The position numbers and the translations under genes were made by a program. Shown piece after piece: positions 24,131-37,464 of a stretch of 64,000 nt of DNA (positions are counted from its first letter, which is position 1; each line of letters opens with the position of its first letter). The notes under the pieces are model-generated. The model was not told the DNA's origin and ran no database searches. It saw only the letters and a program-made list of their open reading frames with translations. This stretch comes from Octopus sinensis (Eukaryota), in NCBI RefSeq assembly GCF_006345805.1, contig NC_043006.1, forward strand, positions 8,928,001 to 8,992,000, given 5' to 3'.

Positions 24131-26349
24131 TATGTAAGTATGTTTTTGTATGTATATGTGTGTCTTTGTATCATTGTTTCTCACTCAACGCTCCGTTGAC
24201 GACCGCTTTTGGTGTATTTCAGTCCGTGTAAATTACCAAAAAAAAATTACCGACAAAAAATATGCCAGCCCGGAAAACCTGTGTATTGGGGTCGATATCA
24301 TCGACTAAGAATACTTCAAAGTAGTGACTGGAGTCTAATGATTGAAACAATTAGAATATAAACGATAAAGGTATAAGATATGGCAAATCCTTGGGGTATT
24401 ATGATGGAAACTTAACACATATAAAGGAGAAATAACAAACACACTATGAATGCAACTCTCTAAAGCATGTGAGCACTGCGTGTGCTTTGTCCTGAAAATT
24501 TTGGGAGAAATATAAGACAAAGGGTAGCATGTCTATTATCTTAATTTCGTAGCAGCTATTTTGGGATTTCAATGTCCAATATAACTCTGAAATACACGTC
24601 ATAAGATGCTGAAATTATTAGCGATGTAAAAGAGAAAAGACTTTGTCAGATAATTAGCGTTGTACGGCCAAGGTTTCACAAAGTATATGAAAAGGATAAA
24701 GAAAGATAATTGACAGATGTCAAAAGTCGAAGAAGTTTCCGAAATGTAGGCAATTGAAATTGTTTTATAGCTCAGCACTATTTGGTGCCATGGAGTCTGC
24801 AAAATCTACATTATAGTCGTAGGTTTCGAGGTTTGTAACGGAGATACATTGAGAAAGTCTGTGGAAGACGTTGCTATTGGAAACTGTTTGGTTTCTGGGG
24901 AATTATATTGCAATGGAAAGGAAGGATGGAAACTTGAGAGTGCCATAGTCATTCGATATGTCTTCGATAGTAAACATTCAGTATACCATTGAGATGTTAA
25001 ATGTGATAATACGTAAATACTAATAATATTATCAACATTATATGTGTAATAAGGAAAGCAGTAAGAAAACAAAATATGTGAGAATAGTAATAACGTTTTA
25101 AAATATATAATTTCATGCATTGATACTGTTAATATTATTACTTACAGTATTATATATTACTTTTATTATATGCAATAATAATTAGCAGTAACTTTTCATT
25201 ATTAAAGATAAAGCTCAAAGAAATTCGATAATTAACGTTGTAGGTTGTACATGGCATTTAGAATGTCAAATGGCTTGGAAGGACAAAATAAAATTACGAT
25301 GAGGGAAATGCGACAGAAAGACATTATATACATGTTCTTGTTGATTTTGTTAATGTTCTTGTTTAGCCGGAGGCCAATCCAAAATCTTTCCTATCGACAA
25401 TCCCATTGAACCAAGGCCTGGCTAGTATACATTTTTTCCTGATCTTACTGCATGTAGAACTAACTATAATACGCAAGTAGTCATACATGATTATGGAATA
25501 TATGAAGATATACTTATAATAATTGATTGTCGGCTGGTCAGTGGAAGCAGACAAGTATATATACGTACCAATGACCAACAGTATAGAAGTACCTTTTAAT
25601 AATACGGTAAGCAAATTTGCAGTTCCCGAAGATTTGATCAATATCTTATGTACCCTTGAAGCATTACTCTCAATTTAACGGACAGAAACTTCTAGCTTAT
25701 CAAATATTCCATATGCATAGTCACAGGAAATGCCATTTTGCTGAAGAGTATAACTAAATTTAAACTGCAAACTGATATAAATATAGCATAGATATTCGAA
25801 TCGAAATTAACCAAACTTCAAAGAAGGAGAAAATGAAACAATGAATGTAATTTTACTGCACCATAAAGCTATAATCAATACACATCGAAAACAAAAGAAA
25901 AAGTAAAGAAAGGCATTGATAATGATTGATATTTCTATTTATTATGAAATTCTTAGATTCACATCACCAACTACGAACATAATACAAAAAAAAAATTCCC
26001 ACTTCTACATATTTCTTCCAGGCTGTGCGAGATTCTTTTTAATTTACGCGTTTTCAGGAAATAGGTAATGTGAGGCGAATTTGTGTATACGTCTGTGTGT
26101 GTTTGTGTGTATATGTGTGTTAGTGTGTATGTACATCTTTTTACATATATCACGAGTGTTTGTGGGTCTGCATCTATGTCTGTGTACATACATATGTACA
26201 TGTGTATTTGTGTCCGTATGTATTTGTGTACTTGCATGACGAGAAGGTGATTGGCTTACTGATTAGGGTGTTGTCATTATCAGCGTAAAACTGAGGTTTC
26301 GACTCCTGGACCGAGTAATGAGTTTTATTCTTCATCATAACACTCTATT

Positions 26350-26960
26350 TCACTTTTTATTGTGCACCCAGTAGAAAAAAATGAAATATCCGGCGACAGA
26401 TCGGCGTCGCGTCCGGGAGGGAATATTTATGCCACAAAGTCTAGAAAAGCGATTTAATTTATCAACAACGAGGTAAGGGCGTTTTAGACTTTTTGTGCTT
26501 GTGAACAAATAAGCTCCATAAATGAAAACACACACACGCACATAGACATGCTTGGATAAGATTATCATCGAGGATTTCCTGCCGACGACTGAGAACTCGT
26601 GTCGGCCGTCCACCGCCCGTCTCGTCAATAACACACGGACACACACACACTCGCGCTCTCGATCGTAGCTGCTACTGCCAACTACGAAGAGATAACGAAC
26701 GAAAGTAACGCCGAGTAATGTGAGAGAAGGGGAGGGAGACAAAGAAAAGAGGAAAGAAAGAAGAAAGTATAAATCGGACTAAAAGAAGGAGACAAAAAGG
26801 AGAAAACGGCCGTAAATAGTTTAGATGCATACTTACTTACAGGGTGAGAAAAAGGTGTACATACACCGCTATATATAAGTAAAAAAAACGGAATAAGAAC
26901 GTAACCGATGGCAATAAAAAACATACGGACAGATAGAGGATACAAAGACGGAAAGCAAAA
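26350..26960. promoter_or_regulatory. CpG-rich island, candidate promoter/first-exon region
   Basis: Unusual local CpG/GC enrichment (cggcgtcgcgtccggg, gtcggccgtccaccgcccgtc) plus purine/pyrimidine tracts in non-repeat sequence; splice-donor-like motifs on both strands. Confidence 0.3.
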
Positions 26961-28437
26961 ACGAGGAAGGATTATTCGTAGCCTTTCTCCCCGCCCCTTT
27001 TATCTTCTCTTAGTTCCCATTATACTTTCTTTTTTATCTCCTATTTTTCCCTCTTTTTTTTCTTTTCTCAAAACATGTAGTTTAAAATTTCGTAATAATG
27101 AGGAAACCGATTCAACAACAGCTGACACATAGGGGTGACCAAATTATCTACAAATACTTATTTGTGAACCCAATGCAAAAAAAAAAAACCCTGCACAAAG
27201 AATGATGAGATGTTAGGTTGCTACATCTATTTACAAATACATCAATTAAATTCTCACTCAAAAACAAATGAGCATATCTGAGGTGCCTAGGCCACTCTTA
27301 ATTGTCAGTGGGCATCATTTCACGTAATTCTTTCGATTCTCAAAAGGGAGTAACTTGCCATATACTATGTAATGTTATCATAAATGAAGTAATTCTTATT
27401 AGAAATGCATAGTCTGAAGAAAGTGAGCAGTCCGGAACCTCAGAAACGCATTTAATCTTTTCATTGTGAAAGTTAAACAACTACATTGCTAAAAATACAT
27501 ACAGTTACCATGAAGTCTTGTGTTAAGATTTTATGTATTTAACAACTAAAAAGAAGTATTTAATATGTGTGTGTATGTCTGAGCGTGTGTTTGTGTGCAT
27601 ATATGTTTACTTACATGTATATGACCTTGTTTCCATATATATATATATATATATTTAATATATGCACACATATGCATGCAGTTATAGATGTATAAGTACA
27701 TATACATAAAATCTGTAAGTACAAAACTCAAGCGAAGAGACGCTGCGATATACATGAGTGCATTCATTTCTCCCAGGTGTGTATTTGTATATACGTTTGT
27801 TTGGTGAGGCGTAGTTATAATACGTGACATATGTAAAGTAATATATTTTCATTTATATAAGCGCTACATATTTATATCTAAAATTACAATCGTAGCCATT
27901 TCATGAGATCTCTTTGACAGCATTCCGCGTCTACTGCCTGGGAGATACACCAACATTGAAGAAGGGAATAAACTTGATAGAAAAGCACATTTTATAAACT
28001 ACTGATATGGTAATGTAATATAATTTAATCATTATATACAGGATTAGCCATAAGGCACCTGGCAGTAAGTCAAAACCATTTAATTCCTAGATTTAGTTAT
28101 ATTTAACAATTGAATGAGTTTATTACAAGTATCAAAATATGAAACCTCATGAAAATTATTCAAACTGAAGTCGTTCTTGAGCGATAAATTTTCTCATTCT
28201 AGTCAATACAGAATTAAAATAGTATTTATGGAATTTTGATTTACTCTCAAGAGTAAGTGGCCGACATGGTTGTGACTTCTGGTACTTGACTGAAGGAAGA
28301 AAGCCACGAATGACCCGTCTTTTTTGCCTGTCCTTCTAATTGTTGTTTCTCTTGTCGTGTTTGTGTCGTCTATCTGTCCGGACCTTTTTAATGTCCTCTA
28401 TTCGTTTTTGATCCATTAGCACACACACATATGTGTG

Positions 28438-28529
<92 letters not shown>

Positions 28530-28730
28530 TACATAAATATATATACATATATATATATACTTAATTGAAATATTAAAATTACTAAGTCTCTATAAAAATA
28601 TTAAAATTACTAAGCCTCTATAAAAGAGATTACGGCAACGTTTACTGGAAATTAATTGTTATCGCCATATTAATATGACATTCTTATAGCTCCATGAGGC
28701 CACCGCCATCAAGATAGCTATTGATACACG

Positions 28731-28832
28731 ATCTGTATATTTTCAATATGATATATAAATTCATAGTGTGTTATGTATGCGCGTGCGTATTGATATGCAT
28801 ATAAATGTGCATATATACATAAACATATTTAT

Positions 28833-28900
<68 letters not shown>

Positions 28901-29074
28901 TTATATATATATATGTTTATATATTATATATATATATGTGTGTGTGTGGTGTGTGTGTGTGTGTGTGTGTGTGTATAAATATGTTTATGTATATATGCAC
29001 ATTTATATGCATATTAATACGCACGCGCATACATAACACACTATGAATTTATATATCATATTGAAAATATAGAT
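28731..29074. repeat. About 340-bp near-perfect palindrome centred on (TA)n
   Basis: About 100 bp of unique arm plus (CA)n is mirrored by (TG)n plus the reverse-complement arm; one mismatch and one 2-nt bulge seen in the unique arms. Confidence 0.9.
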
Positions 29075-29618
29075 ACATTATATTAAAAATATAATATACG
29101 CATTTACTTGCAAAGATATAACACCGCATTGATATGTCTTAGATATGAGAATTCTAACATACTTACAAACTGCTTGTCTGTATCAAGATCTCTGTATTGG
29201 TTTAGCTAACCACTAAATGGTCTTCGTATTGTCAAACTACGGTGATAGTGATTACTATTTATAAAGTGCTCGTTAAGTATTCGCGTTAAAGTTAAACAAT
29301 AACTAGTGAAGAATCTAAACCATTGTTCTACAAGATATTTTATTCTGAATATAAAGTGATAGAAACACTTATTATTCTAAGATAAAGATATTTGCAATCT
29401 ATACGTCAATTCAAATCCAGTTTATAACTAAGCGATAAAAGTTACATTGATCGTTATCCGGTTCTGTATTTGCAGCAACATTACTTAATCAGTCAGATGA
29501 TGAATTCGGATAATTCGTAGTATTGGTTGATCAAAGTATGTAAGAATGAGATCTGTTCATAAATTGGCGAGTAAATCTAACGGTATATAAAACTATACGT
29601 TATATTGCACACATAAAG

Positions 29619-29655
<37 letters not shown>

Positions 29656-29721
29656 AGGGTATGTATGTATATATACATGTGTATTTATATTTATACATAC
29701 ATATATATTATATCTTTACAC

Positions 29722-29759
<38 letters not shown>

Positions 29760-29870
29760 ATATCTATATCTAGAGAGAGAGGGAGAAAGGGAGAGAAATG
29801 GAGAAAGGGAGAGAGAGGGGAAGAGAGTGACATGGATATAAATGAATTTGTATAAACATATAAATACATA

Positions 29871-30542
29871 TATTGGAGGTGCAATATGTGATGTTATATT
29901 TCTTTATCTACAATTTCTTTACTGTTTAATGCTTCCATATATTACGTCGCCAAGCAAATTTGTAGTAAGGTATATGGTAAAATTTAACAGCTGCTCGTTT
30001 TGCGCCATTATTATATATTGCTAATCTTTATCTTTTGGTAGGAAGCTGGCACATCTATTTCTTTATTCTATCTCATTTTGCGCTTTACAAAGTATTTAGA
30101 AATCTTTCTTGCCATTTTTGTTTGGAGATGGATAAGTCGGAAATTCCTACAGTCTTAAAATATGAGTTCTTTCTTGGAAAAACAGCATCACAGACAGCTC
30201 GGAATATTATTGGATTATTTCATTCTAATGTTATTACACAGCAGACAGATACAGAATTGGTTTGCAAAATTACGTTCTGATAAATTTGACCACACAGATG
30301 AGAAACGGTGTCGACCAGAAACAAAAGTGAATAATAACGAAATAAAGCCACCGTTGAGTCAGATCCATCTCAAAGTGCCCGTGAATTATCGTTGTTGTTT
30401 GGTGTTAGCAAGAAAACAATATTGGCTCTCGTAGTTCAAATCGGTAATGTGGGAAAGTTGGATAAGTGTATTCCATATCAACTGAATGAAAATTGGAAAC
30501 TGTAACGTTTGTAAGCCTGCATTATGCTACATTCTCGTCACA
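29871..30542 (+). mobile_element. Mariner element 5-prime half (same family as 19383)
   Basis: MDKSEIPTVLKYEFFLGKTASQTARNI..WFAKLRSDKFDHTDEKRCRPETKVNNNEIK; left boundary approximate. Confidence 0.85.
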
Positions 30543-30833
30543 TGCCGACAGGTAGCGTCAATACTTCCTTGGGCGAAATAGCGGTGGTGTGATTCCTTTT
30601 ACGGGACTGTCACGTTAAATTGACAGTATACAACAGATATAAAATGATATAATATAAAATTCTCAATACATATCATATACATGAAATACTTTTATATTCC
30701 AAAAAATCTTGCTTTTGCCAGGAAGCTACCAAGGAAATATGAAGAATCTTTACTAGAGATCGCCCCTTTGGAACCCTCTAAATTAAAGGAGAAATTGAAG
30801 TTTATCTTTTCAACACACTCACACATATATATA

Positions 30834-31288
30834 TACATGGTGTGGCCAATAAGTATCTGGAATGTTGCCATAGTAGTGAAACTAAAGCACGCAATGTAAC
30901 GACGCTTGGCAGAAGTTGACATTCATCGCTGCTGTGCATGCGCACTAAATTTTAACATTCTATCTCAATTCCACTGTTTACAGAAGAGCTTGGAACAATT
31001 CCACTGTTTACAGAAGAGCTTGCGTGTGATCGTCATGTTGACCAAGACAGAGAAAGTTGAATCTGCGTGAAATTTCGACAAAAGTTTTTCGATATCTGCT
31101 GAGAAGCCCCTGTTCTCGATACAATCAAGTAGATCTTGTGCAACTGTAACCCGAGTGTCGTTTTGTCGTTGAAAGTTAGTGCGCATGCGCGAGAGTTGAA
31201 GGCCAGTGTTTGCGAAACGGTTTTACTAGGTGTGCATTAGCTTCCTTAATATTACAACAATCAGGGTACTTATTGCTCAGACCTTGTA
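30834..31288. mobile_element. Non-autonomous mariner derivative (second family) with TIRs and TA ends
   Basis: TIRs tacatggtgtggccaataagta / tacttattgctcagaccttgta; minus-strand transposase remnant NDTRVTVAQDLLDCIEN; 26-bp internal tandem duplication caattccactgtttacagaagagctt. Confidence 0.7.
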
Positions 31289-32508
31289 TATACATATATG
31301 AATAGACCTATCTAGATATATGCATACGTACAAAGACACTCCATTTATTTCAGATGAAAAGTTATTACTTTGATAGCTAGAGGTAAATTCAGTACCATGT
31401 AGAATTTCGTAGTGTCTTTAATATAATGAAACACATCCATTCATACACAATGTTCTAGCATGGGCGCAGTATAGGGATTGATGTAAATCTACGAATAAAA
31501 ACATATTTGAATGATGGAAACTTTACTTAGAATGAATAATCCTATGAATACATTTTTAAATTGCAATGTCTGATGCCGTTGAAGAATCGATTTGTTTACC
31601 ATTAATAATATTTTTTATTCCTTGTAGACAACATACTGGCACAAATGTTTTTAGTCGTGAGCCATGTTATTACTGAAAACTGTTACACCAAACAAAGAAG
31701 AATTCGCAATTCATAATAACAGTGAAACTCTGGGTTGTTTAAGATTATAAATGATATAGCGGCTGGTTATAGCATCGCTAATTGTCAACATATCATCTCA
31801 ATTACGATCACCACGAGTTAGAAGCTGCTTTACGCCAAATATCTGCGTGTGAGTCCACGTGTGTGAATGTGTGTGTCGGTGTATGGTAAATATCAACATT
31901 ACAGCGTTATCAATAACTAACTATTTACGTTTCTTCCTTCTGCAGACACGCTCTTTCGGCTGTCAATATCATTTATATCATTCCTGATGCTAATGAAAAC
32001 TGACATAAAAAGCATCAAGAAGCACAAGTGACGCCAGACTAAACGCTAAGCAGTAAAACTTACTCTTCATTGCTTCGTCTCACAATAATACTTTGAACTA
32101 TGCCACATACAACCTCTACGTATCTTTCTCTCTCTTTTCCGTTTTTTTATGGTATATTTTCTCCTCATAACTTTCGTTAGATATACTAGTATTCATATAT
32201 GAGTTTATGTGAATTGTGTGTGTATGAATCTCTCTGTTTCTCACTCTAAATTCCTGTCTCTTTCTCCCGACTTTCACTTCCTTCATCCCTAACAAACACA
32301 CATACACACACACACACAAACACACACACATATATGTATATAGCTCTGTCACGCGTGTACACATTTCATCTATTTATATACCTGTATATTTTTACGTAAC
32401 ACGCAACAACTCGAACATATTCAGTACAGAAATGCTGATATAGCACATGGTACACATAGGTTGTACTTTTATGCATGCAAGTGCAGATTTATATAGAATC
32501 ACACTATA

Positions 32509-32576
<68 letters not shown>

Positions 32577-32620
32577 TATATATACATACATACATACATA
32601 TATATCTATATCTATATATC

Positions 32621-32653
<33 letters not shown>

Positions 32654-33043
32654 ATGTATATATATGTATATGTATGTGTATACATATATATGCATGCACT
32701 ACATAAATTGTTAGTTATAAGAGCACGATATTTACAGTGCCAAAGGAAACCAGTGATGAATGATGAAATGAATTAGGTTCGACAGTTGCAGTGAAACACT
32801 AGCAATTAAGGACAGACCCTTTATTGCAATACACTTATTTACGTCACTGATGTATTACCTTTGAGTCCTGAGACACTACGTCAACTATGCGAAACGGGTA
32901 CACAGCACACACTGAAACAAATATATATCTATATATCTATACGTCTCTACATTAATGTGCTTGTGTTTGCAATTTTATTTTTCCTACCATTCCCACCTGT
33001 ATGTATACACGTATGTACGAATGTATATATATGTATATGTTTG

Positions 33044-33075
<32 letters not shown>

Positions 33076-33104
33076 CATGTGTGTGTGAGTGTGTGTGTAT
33101 GTAT

Positions 33105-33170
<66 letters not shown>

Positions 33171-33448
33171 GAATGTATATATACGTATATATGAGTACAT
33201 ATATAACCAAATATCCATACCGTTAAATGATTTCTGTCTAGAATTATGAAAGTGGAAGTAGCCGATAGTGACAGACTTAAAAATATGTATACATATAATT
33301 TATTGAGAATTGTCGCGGCACGTTAACGGTGGATTTGCAATAGACACTCTGTCTCAGAAATTCATGTATTTATATATACGTACACTCACACACACTCTGC
33401 GGATATACGCTCAGGTGGTACGCATGTTATTCGTATATATATATATAT

Positions 33449-34072
33449 GATTGATTGATTGATTCTAGTTTCAGCTTATGAGCTGTGGCCATGCTGGGGC
33501 ACCGCCATTTGGTGTTGCTACTTGGTTTCACTTCACGAAAGCTTTCTAGCAACTGCCATTTGGTGCATGAGAGAGTTCGATGCAGCTGCCCTCATCTGCC
33601 CCTCCTGCCGTGAAGTTGGTTCATCTGGGACACTTGACAGGAAGAGATCCAGCTTCATTTTAAAGACATCTGCATCCACCCCATGCAGGTCTCTCAGGTT
33701 CTTCGGGAGGATATTGAAGAGCTGTGGGCCTCGGAAGCCCAGGCTATCACAGAATCTTGTCCTACATCTTGATGGCAAGTTTGGAGTCCTAGGCACCACG
33801 CAGTGGCGCCCAGTTCTGGCATTTGCGTAACTCTCGATGCCAAAGTTCAGGACACGTCCCTCCAGGATCTTCCAGATGTATATTATGGCATAACTTTCCC
33901 GCCTACGCTCCAGGGAATATAGTGTTAATCTCTTGAGTCTTTCCCAGTAGCTTACATTCTGCATAGAGGCTATCTTCTTCGTGTAGCTACGTTGGATCGC
34001 CTCGAGCTCTGTGATCAACTTGACACTGGATGGTGACCATAACTGAGAGCAGTAGTCAAAGTGGCTTAGGAC
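33449..34072 (-). mobile_element. CR1-like LINE 3-prime end, 5-prime truncated, ORF2 C-terminus open
   Basis: [59 protein letters not shown], followed by a short 3-prime UTR with stem-loop and (AATC)n tail; about 180 codons without a stop. Confidence 0.9.
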
Positions 34073-34128
34073 ATATATACATATATACATACATATGTAT
34101 ATATATATATACATATATACATACATAT

Positions 34129-34181
<53 letters not shown>

Positions 34182-34277
34182 CACATACATATATATATAC
34201 CATACATATATACATACATATATATATTTATATACATAACACATATATACACATATATACACACATACACACATATA

Positions 34278-34309
<32 letters not shown>

Positions 34310-34449
34310 CATATATATATATATATAACACACAACATACACACACATATATATATATATATTATTATGTATACATGTACATATATATACACATTGTATG
34401 CACATATGTACATATATATATATATATATACATATGTATGCATATACGC

Positions 34450-34480
<31 letters not shown>

Positions 34481-34665
34481 TGTATGTACACATGCACATA
34501 TATATGTATACACATACATATACATATATATGCATGTATATATGTATATATATATATGTATGTATATATGTATATATATATGTATGTAATATATATATAT
34601 ACATACAATATATATTATATTATATATATATATATTTATACATGTATATATATATATATATAATA
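34073..34665. repeat. About 600-bp compound (TA)/(TACA)/(CA) microsatellite
   Basis: Directly visible; produces the spurious N-terminal half of ORF 33533-34525. Confidence 0.95.
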
Positions 34666-35999
34666 TGAATTTCTTCGTAATAGTACTTTAACTTTTAATA
34701 CATAACATCATGTGCTGTGCTCTCTTTATTTTCATATGCCTTTTCAGGAGGAACTTCACTCACACATTAACTAAACTGTCATATACCTATTTCCTATGCT
34801 TACAATTCATATTATAAATCGGGTTTTGTAGACCTCTATTAATGAAATGCGTACTGTCAAAAATATTAAATATACGTCGATTAGTGTGTTATTTCTCAAG
34901 CTAGAAGGTAAAAGTCACAAGGCAACATTGCTGATTTAGAACTAAAATGAGTGGAATTGGAATGAAAATATCAATATAGTTACTTTCAAATAAATTATAT
35001 GTTGAATTTGTAGTGTTTGATATCTTTTAATATCTAGGAAATAATATAATTTTTTGTTGCTTCTTGTCTGCTTGTATAATAAATTTCGTTTATCCTAACA
35101 TAAGTCCATGATTAATTTGGAAAATATATTCATTTGTATGTACCCATGTAAAATATCATTACTGATTTGGTATTATAAATAGTGTAACATGTATGATGCA
35201 AAGAGCTTACGCAGTCGTTTAAAAGTAATTATTATATACATGCGTTTAATATAAGTTGCTCTGATTTCATTACTAACACATTGATGTAACCATTATGAGC
35301 AATTCAAACGTTATTTCTTTATGAATTATGACACTCTTGGCATACTAATTATATATCATGCATTTGATAAATGTTTGGTTATTGATTTTTTACGACCATA
35401 TAAAATTAAAAAAATTCTATTCAAATTTCATTTGTGGTAAAGAAATTATTACATTTATGTATTATAAATCTCAATACAAAATGTTTTAAACATATACACT
35501 TAACATAACCCTATAGCTATATGCGTACAAGCAAACACCTACGAACACACTCATAGGGAGGATACTTAACAACTGGTTCAGGCGCATCCGAAGGTGCAGA
35601 TGTGTCTTTTCGGGTTAAACATTGATATAACTCGTTAAAATAACAGTTCCGCAATGTATCTTCTCATTTCGTATAAAGAAAAGCAGCAAATTAAAGGATA
35701 TATCTTCATTTATATTGAAGATCAATAATAAAATAACCCGCTATACAGCGTGTTTATACATCCATATCCATTAACGGATATGGATGTATAAACGCCTTCG
35801 CGCAAGCTCCATGGCGCATGTACATGCGCTCATAGAAGTATCCACGATGATGTAGGCATACGCGCACGTGTAGTTTGGGTCTCACACGTTCAAATAGCGA
35901 GCTAAACTGCTACTTGCTGTTTATAAGAATAAGGAGGTTAAAGGCAATCTTGATTAACCCATACCTTAAAATAAATATTGTTAACAGTTTTTTTTTTTC

Positions 36000-36640
36000 A
36001 AATTCATTCATACTGCATTGTGCGAAATTACGTTTTTATGCCTGTAGAAATCTTGAAAGTCTTTCAAAATGCCTACGAAGCATCTTCCCATTGGTCCACA
36101 AAACTAGAACAGAATAGGCAGGGATTCCTCGGGGCAGGATCGGCATCTCCTGCAAGTGATATTATATAGTTTTGCACGCTTTAATGTGGACAAGTAAGGT
36201 TATATCTAAATTTATCCTCCTTCAGTCGCCATACAAAATCGACCAGAGATGTTGAATGTCTCTTATTGATTCTCTTGAAGCTGGCGACATGGTTACGATA
36301 ACGATTCTTGAATGAATCAACGGTCTACTCAATGTAGACATACGAATCTTCCGTTGTGTGCACAGTAAATTTATATACAACATTTGCACTCGTACAGATT
36401 TTCATCAATGGGCATTTTGTTTTTCCTCTGCATGCGGAATTATTATGTTTATTTGTTCTGACAGTTCTGGGTTCATTTTCATGCGTAGTTACCATGTTAG
36501 GTATAACATAATTATTTCTATTACCACAATTTGACCGTGTTTGGTGCTTTTCTTTACGGCTAACATATTTGGTATTTACAAGCGTGTGATTGCTAGATCC
36601 AGTTGGAGGGTCATTGAACTGTTGTCGCATTTTACTATTC
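36000..36640 (-). mobile_element. Penelope-like element GIY-YIG endonuclease fragment
   Basis: ACRGKTKCPLMKICTSANVVYKFTVHTTEDSYVYIE*TVDSFKNRYRNHVASFK..STSLVDFVWRLKE then YNITCRRCRSCPEE after a frameshift. Confidence 0.85.
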
Positions 36641-36794
36641 TTTATGCTGCTCTAAATTAGTAGAGTGAGTGTAGGGTGCCTTCACGACGTGCCGATTAAA
36701 ATAACATCATGCTATATATTTGATTTAGGAAAAAAATTGTCCATGTGTGTGAATGTATATATATACATACATACATACATGTTTATATATATAT

Positions 36795-36992
36795 AACGCC
36801 ATGTTGGATCGTTAGCCCCTACACGCAATTTTTTTCTCTCCTTGTTTCGTTTCTGTGTATCTTTCTGTCGAAGAGCGTAGGCTCGAAACGTAAAAGACTT
36901 GTTTTATTTCTATTCCTGAGCGCCATACTAATACATTATTTGTTTGTACTCCTCCTGCCTTCGTCTTTTGTTTATTATCGTAAACCTTCCTG
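36795..36992 (+). mobile_element. Short HHR-like element (family of 10500-10707)
   Basis: ttt-CTGTCGA-a-gagc-gtag-gctc-GAAA-C-GTA-aaa at 36862-36895; flanked by TA-rich tracts. Confidence 0.65.
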
Positions 36993-37038
<46 letters not shown>

Positions 37039-37433
37039 CATATATATATATGCATTCTACTGAAATGTTAATATGCTATTCGAGTAAGTTGTTACATTAA
37101 ATGAATTGGATAATTTCAAATTTCGAAACGATATACCGAAAGAAAAGTGAAAACCGGCAAAAGTTTCTAGAGCGAATATATTTTACGAAATATAAACATA
37201 TGAAAGTAATGCCATACTTAATTTATCATAAATATTTATGCATTATAGTAGATATGAGCGCAAAGAGAAATAACCTCTTAATAAACACACACGCACAAAA
37301 AGAATTTACACACATAATTATATAAGAAGCATATTTGCATATATAGATATGCGTATATGTACATAGTGCGGTGAATATATATAAATATACATATACACAC
37401 ACATACACATACATACATAAATACACACACGCA

Positions 37434-37464
<31 letters not shown>

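Noticed and set aside
25363-25641. 92-aa hydrophobic minus-strand ORF as a membrane protein
   Set aside because: AT-rich frames are hydrophobic by default; no recognisable domain or coherent splice structure.
28569-28626. 28-bp direct repeat (and the 26-bp repeat near 30966) as CRISPR-like
   Set aside because: Only two adjacent copies, no spacers, no cas genes, eukaryotic context.
33533-34525. 330-aa ORF as a real gene
   Set aside because: The N-terminal half is microsatellite; the C-terminal half is a truncated CR1-like ORF2.
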